DNA of 63,598 nucleotides, counting the filler. It is 8 parts of 8 records of this genome, joined end to end, with 100 filler letters (N's around TTAATTAATTAA, not from the genome) between each part and the next. Parts side by side here need not be neighbours in the genome. Positions count along the whole stretch, not along the records: positions 56,306 to 63,598 come from SRR31156797_46274; 7 more parts are not named here. The stretch is one strand, 5' to 3'. Position 1 is the first letter of the stretch; each line of letters opens with the position of its first letter. The position numbers were made by a program, and so were the translations under genes. The notes under the pieces are model-generated. The model searched no databases. It had not been told where the DNA came from and was given only the letters and a program-made list of their open reading frames with translations. Below are positions 59,549 through 63,598 of the stretch, in pieces.

Positions 59549-61270
59549 TCAGTTCTCAACGAGTTCACTGATGTCATGTTCCAGATAAGATGCATGAGAC
59601 ATCTCGATGAGCCTGTCACAAACCTTGTCCGGCTTCTCATCCATGATGATTTTTGCAGTATCTATAAGGATTGCCCTGTGGGCAGCCTCTTTTACAAAAT
59701 CGGTGTGATGGCTTACGAACACTATGGTAGTACCGAACTTCCTGTTTATGTTCTTCAGGGAATTAGTCACATCCCTGAGTGTTACCGGGTCAAGATCGCC
59801 GAACGGTTCATCGAGCATCAGTATCTCGGGACGTGATACCAGTGCCAGTGCAATATATGCCCTTACGTGCTCTCCTCCACTTATCTGGTAAGGTGTTTTG
59901 TCAAGCACGGACATCGGAAGATCAAGAGCTTCGAATACTTCTGCTGCATGGCTGTCGACAACATCCCTGGTTATGAGTGGGAAGAGTTTGGAGTAAATGT
60001 CGATGGAGAGGTTCATTTCCCTGAGGGCTTTGTCCTTCTCCTCATCTGTTACTTCAGTGAGTCTGTAAAGGGTATCCAGCTTCTCATCTGAGATGCCCAT
60101 CTCAGCTGCTTTCTCTCTTGCGTATTCCAGTGAACCCTCGCCCTTCAGGCGAAGTTTGAATGCAAGCTGGTCCCGGATAGTTGAATGTGGGGACAGTGTG
60201 AACTCCTGGTGCATGGTGCTCATCTTCCTGCGAAGGTTCAGTCTCTGTAGCGTGAAATCGATAATGTTTAGCCACTCACCATTATGGAGATAGGTAATAT
60301 CTCCTTCCTTTGGATATCTCAGACCCTCAATCATCTTGAGAAGAGTTGTCTTTCCTGAGCCTGATGGTCCTATAAGTGCTGTAATCTCACCTTTGTTGAT
60401 GTCGAGTGAAAGGTCTTCGAACTTCAGTACCTCACCAACTCTTAGAAGTGCAAAGCGGTTGGAAAGCCCTCTTACTTTTATGACTGGTTTCTTCTCTTTT
60501 ACTTCAGCCAGAGCGGTCTTTTCCTTTATGTCCTTAAGGAAGTGCTTCAGTACCTTTTCAGCCTCGCCTGTTTCCACGACTTTTCCGTCTTCCAGATAGG
60601 TCACCCTGTCTGCAAGGTACATGTGGATCTCAGGGAGGTGTGATACCAATATAATAGGGATGTTCAGCTCTTTTTTGATGTCTTTTATTACATCGAGCAT
60701 CTCCTGCTTTGTACCTGGGTCTGTCATGGTCACAGGTTCATCAAGAAGCAGGAGTTTAGGTTTTGCTGCAAGCTGGCGTGCAAGTATGAGTCTTTGTTTC
60801 TCGCCACCACTTAAAAGGTTAGAAGAATGCTTTGCTTTGTGTTCCAGTTTAACAAGACGCATGTAATACATTGCTTCTTCGTAGAGTTCATCATAATTGA
60901 AAGCATCTGGTTCCGGTAATCCTTCATGCCCTTCAGCAAGGGAATTCAACCTTCTGATTATATTCTCAAAAGCAGGCCCGTTCCAGAGTCCGAAATTGCG
61001 CTGCAGATGTATTGCGCTGTTGCATGCCAGATGTCTTTGTTGCGCTTTGTTAGCACCGGGTTCTATTTTTTCCCCTTCGATTTCAAAAAAACCGGATTCA
61101 AAATTCTCCATGCCTCGAAGTATCTTTAAAATAGTAGTTTTACCACTGCCACTCTTTCCGGTTATACCTAGTATTTCGCCGTCTGCAACACTAAAACTGA
61201 CATTGTCAAGAATTCTTTTTATTTCGCCGTTGAATTCGTATTCTTTTGTAACATTGGATACTTCAAGCAT
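59549..61270 (-). CDS. Dual-NBD ABC ATPase, methyl-CoM reductase component A2 (AtwA)-like paralog
   Basis: Two Walker A motifs (GKSGSGKT, GPSGSGKT), LSGGE/ISGGE, AIHLQRNFGL and DEPFGDLDPVT; no TM partner. Confidence 0.75.
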   Translation of the reverse strand: MLEVSNVTKEYEFNGEIKRILDNVSFSVADGEILGITGKSGSGKTTILKILRGMENFESGFFEIEGEKIEPGANKAQQRHLACNSAIHLQRNFGLWNGPAFENIIRRLNSLAEGHEGLPEPDAFNYDELYEEAMYYMRLVKLEHKAKHSSNLLSGGEKQRLILARQLAAKPKLLLLDEPVTMTDPGTKQEMLDVIKDIKKELNIPIILVSHLPEIHMYLADRVTYLEDGKVVETGEAEKVLKHFLKDIKEKTALAEVKEKKPVIKVRGLSNRFALLRVGEVLKFEDLSLDINKGEITALIGPSGSGKTTLLKMIEGLRYPKEGDITYLHNGEWLNIIDFTLQRLNLRRKMSTMHQEFTLSPHSTIRDQLAFKLRLKGEGSLEYAREKAAEMGISDEKLDTLYRLTEVTDEEKDKALREMNLSIDIYSKLFPLITRDVVDSHAAEVFEALDLPMSVLDKTPYQISGGEHVRAYIALALVSRPEILMLDEPFGDLDPVTLRDVTNSLKNINRKFGTTIVFVSHHTDFVKEAAHRAILIDTAKIIMDEKPDKVCDRLIEMSHASYLEHDISELVEN

Positions 61271-61333
61271 TTGCAAACCTCCGAAAATGGTTCTGGCCTG
61301 AATGAATATAAGAGAAAAAGGAGAATCTTATGA

Positions 61334-62077
61334 TCACTTCTTAATTGCCGATACAAGCTCTTCTATCTTGGCGGTAACGTTCGAACTCTCTTCGAGAATT
61401 GTTCCTGTTACTATCATGTCAGCTCCTGCAATGGCACAGAGCTTTGCAGTTTCGCCGTCACGTATTCCGCCACCAACAATAAGTTTGTTGTCACCAAGAA
61501 CATGCTTAACCGCACCTATCATTTCAGGGGTTACTGGTGAATCAGCACCGGATCCTGCTTCAAGGTATGTGTAGTGCATGCCGAGGTACTTTCCTGCAAG
61601 TGCGTAGGCAACTGCCAGTTCAGGCTTGTGTTTTGGTATGAGTTTTGCATCTCCTACCCAGCCGACAGTTCCTCCCGGTTCGACGATGAGGTAGGCCATG
61701 GAGATGGGTTCAATGCCGCTCTTGTAGACGACAGGTGCACCCATTGCCTGATTGGTTGTTATGAAATTGATATCACGGGAATTGAGCAGGCTCATGAAGA
61801 ATATCGCATCAGCATATCTGCTGACACCTGCTGCATTACCCGGGAATAATATTGTAGGCTTGTCTGTTTTTTCTTTTATTTTGAGGAGAGTCTGATCAAG
61901 TATCACTCCTCCGGCTCCTGTGGAACCACCGATCATGATAGCATCGGTTCCTCCGAGGCTGGCAGCATGAGCAATCTCTGCCGCTTCGTCCGGAGTCTGT
62001 GATGCCGGATCGATAAGTGTCAAGTGAACTGTACCCTCACTTTCAACGATTTCGTTAAGGTACTCTTCCACTTGCAT
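61334..62077 (-). CDS. Geranylgeranylglyceryl phosphate synthase
   Basis: HLTLIDP, GGSTG, LFPG, YLEAGSG, VGGGIR. Confidence 0.95.
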   Translation of the reverse strand: MQVEEYLNEIVESEGTVHLTLIDPASQTPDEAAEIAHAASLGGTDAIMIGGSTGAGGVILDQTLLKIKEKTDKPTILFPGNAAGVSRYADAIFFMSLLNSRDINFITTNQAMGAPVVYKSGIEPISMAYLIVEPGGTVGWVGDAKLIPKHKPELAVAYALAGKYLGMHYTYLEAGSGADSPVTPEMIGAVKHVLGDNKLIVGGGIRDGETAKLCAIAGADMIVTGTILEESSNVTAKIEELVSAIKK

Positions 62078-62084
62078 AAAAAGA

Positions 62085-62231
62085 TCAGCCTCTTGTTTCC
62101 TTGGATTTCATACGCAGGTCTTTGCTACCGCATTTCCTGCACCTTGTTGCACGTACTGCATTGCGTGCATTGCAATCCATACAGATCTTCTTGATCAGTA
62201 TCCTGTTTTCAGCTTCTGGGAATCTTGCCAT
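62085..62231 (-). CDS. rpl40e: 50S ribosomal protein L40e (not in the ORF track)
   Basis: Manual translation [48 protein letters not shown]. Confidence 0.95.
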   Translation of the reverse strand: MARFPEAENRILIKKICMDCNARNAVRATRCRKCGSKDLRMKSKETRG

Positions 62232-62451
62232 TATTTTCACCTAAATGATTGTAATATGTATTATGAATTAGAATGATAGGCTGCATACATGATGCTCAAA
62301 ACATATAATTGTTTTGGCAAATACATGCCAGTTTTTCTACCCTATTGAGTAATCCTGTCACACTCTTTTATGGTATAAATATTACTGTTGGACTTTCTCT
62401 TTGTGGGAAAAACTATATATCAAGTATCATAATTAATAATGAACGATTACT

Positions 62452-63123
62452 ATGGCCAATGATGATAAGGAACAAAGAAGAGAGGAATGGTATGAGCGGG
62501 TGAAAAAAGAGGGGAAGATCACCAGGAGTCCTAAAGAGGATCATGACGCAAAACTGAAGACCCTGCAAAATCCTGTCAGAAGGAACATCATCAAAAGCCT
62601 TAATGAGAAGAAGATGACATTCGATGAACTAAAGGCTGAGTTCAATCTTGATAACATGCCACTGAAACTGCATCTTGGAATGCTCGAAGATACTCTGTAC
62701 GTTGAAAAAGAGGATGATAACACCTACGTCATCACACCACGCGGCGAGGACTACCTTGATAGTGTTGAAACTAAACCTGAATCAAAGGACGAAAAGCTGG
62801 ATGACCTGAGGAAGAGAAGGGATGAATGGTACGAGAAGGTAAAGAAAGAGGGGAAGCTCAAGAGAAATCCAACCGAGGACCACAGAGCAGGTTTGAAGAC
62901 CATGCAGAATCCTGTCCGCAGGCACATGCTTGAAGCCATGGGCGAAGGAAAGATGACCTATGATGAGGTCAAGGAAAAGTTCGACCTGAATGATGTACAG
63001 GCCAAACTTAATCTCGATATGCTCGAGGATACACTATATATTGAGAAAGAGAGTGAGGGCACCTACGTTATTACACCGCGTGGCGAAGCGTTCCTTGCGA
63101 ATGTAGATGAACATCACCTTTAG
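62452..63123 (+). CDS. Tandem-duplicated ArsR-like winged-helix protein
   Basis: Two near-identical repeats, each W.E.VKKEGK...QNPVRR...MLEDTLY.EKE...TYVITPRGE. Confidence 0.8.
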   Translation: MANDDKEQRREEWYERVKKEGKITRSPKEDHDAKLKTLQNPVRRNIIKSLNEKKMTFDELKAEFNLDNMPLKLHLGMLEDTLYVEKEDDNTYVITPRGEDYLDSVETKPESKDEKLDDLRKRRDEWYEKVKKEGKLKRNPTEDHRAGLKTMQNPVRRHMLEAMGEGKMTYDEVKEKFDLNDVQAKLNLDMLEDTLYIEKESEGTYVITPRGEAFLANVDEHHL

Positions 63124-63241
63124 ATATAATGGTATCAGATGGAAAATTTAATACTGAACCACTTATAAGTGGATTTTAGTCAAAAATAAGAAAAAAGGTT
63201 GGAAATGGGGGTTTTGCCCCCACTCTTTTTTAGTTTTAAAA

Positions 63242-63598
63242 TCACTCTTTCAGTTTAGCAAGCACTTTCTCCCTTGCTTCACGGGCATCAGCACGTCCCT
63301 TTGTCTTCTGCATGACCTTACCAACAAGGAAGTTCAGGGATTTTTCCTTTCCTCCAAGGTAGTCCGTCACAGCTTCAGGGTTCTCGGCAATTGCCTCATC
63401 CACTGCTGTTGCAACAATATCGTCTTCCACCTTGAGAAGACCTTTCGCTTCGACTATCTCCTGTGGCTTTCCACCGTCATCAAGGACTGTGCGTATGATC
63501 TCAACAGCACTCTTTTCAGTGATCTTGTTAGCTGTCACAAGTTCGACTACAGCAACGATGTCCTCCACTGTGAAAGCATCTATACTGAGTTCACGGTA
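63242..63598 (-). CDS. gatB: Asp/Glu-tRNA amidotransferase subunit B, C-terminal part (5' truncated)
   Basis: Yqey-like end: AIAENPEAV.DY..GKEKSLNFLVGKVMQKTKGRAD. Confidence 0.85.
   Translation of the reverse strand, partial: YRELSIDAFTVEDIVAVVELVTANKITEKSAVEIIRTVLDDGGKPQEIVEAKGLLKVEDDIVATAVDEAIAENPEAVTDYLGGKEKSLNFLVGKVMQKTKGRADAREAREKVLAKLKE

Noticed and set aside
63121-63129. Pyrrolysine read-through of the TAG ending the tandem wHTH gene
   Set aside because: Read-through would add only two residues before a TAA. No in-frame Sec or Pyl candidate was seen elsewhere.
1-63598. CRISPR arrays, tRNA/rRNA genes, transposases, prophage genes
   Set aside because: None recognised by eye. The intergenic regions are short and show no repeat-spacer pattern.

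Overview
This window is not one locus. It is eight contigs joined by seven identical artificial 100-bp spacers (44 N + TTAATTAATTAA + 44 N), so adjacency across a spacer has no biological meaning. Contigs 1-7 look like anaerobic Desulfobacterota-type bacteria, and contig 8 (56306-63598) looks like a Methanosarcinaceae archaeon; both assignments are inferred from gene content. Contig 1 has a frameshifted GNAT, a phosphorothioate-dependent SBD-HNH restriction nuclease, and an ABC exporter with a large NBD insertion plus a cNMP-binding partner. Contig 2 has an RND efflux system. Contig 3 has a tandem-CZB chemoreceptor, a compact flippase-like/mono-modular Tyr-type NRPS/glycosyltransferase operon and a divergent cNMP-patatin. 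Contig 4 has a hybrid kinase, a REC-GGDEF-EAL protein and a TonB receptor. Contig 5 has a secretin-pilT-pilB-pilC cluster. Contig 6 is the ordinary lysA-dapF-dapA-dapB-dapL-folK-fsa region. Contig 7 has an HdrF/EMO-etfA-etfB-COG1233-SDR redox module, an IPTL-CTERM protein, and wtpABC with a secreted FmdE-like protein. Contig 8 has UbiB, a phasin-like gene, an AtwA paralog, GGGP synthase, rpl40e, a tandem wHTH protein and gatB. The best candidate for an undescribed system is the NRPS-glycosyltransferase-flippase operon, predicted to make a glycosylated N-acyl-tyrosine lipid. All calls come from motif recognition by eye; no database searches were run.
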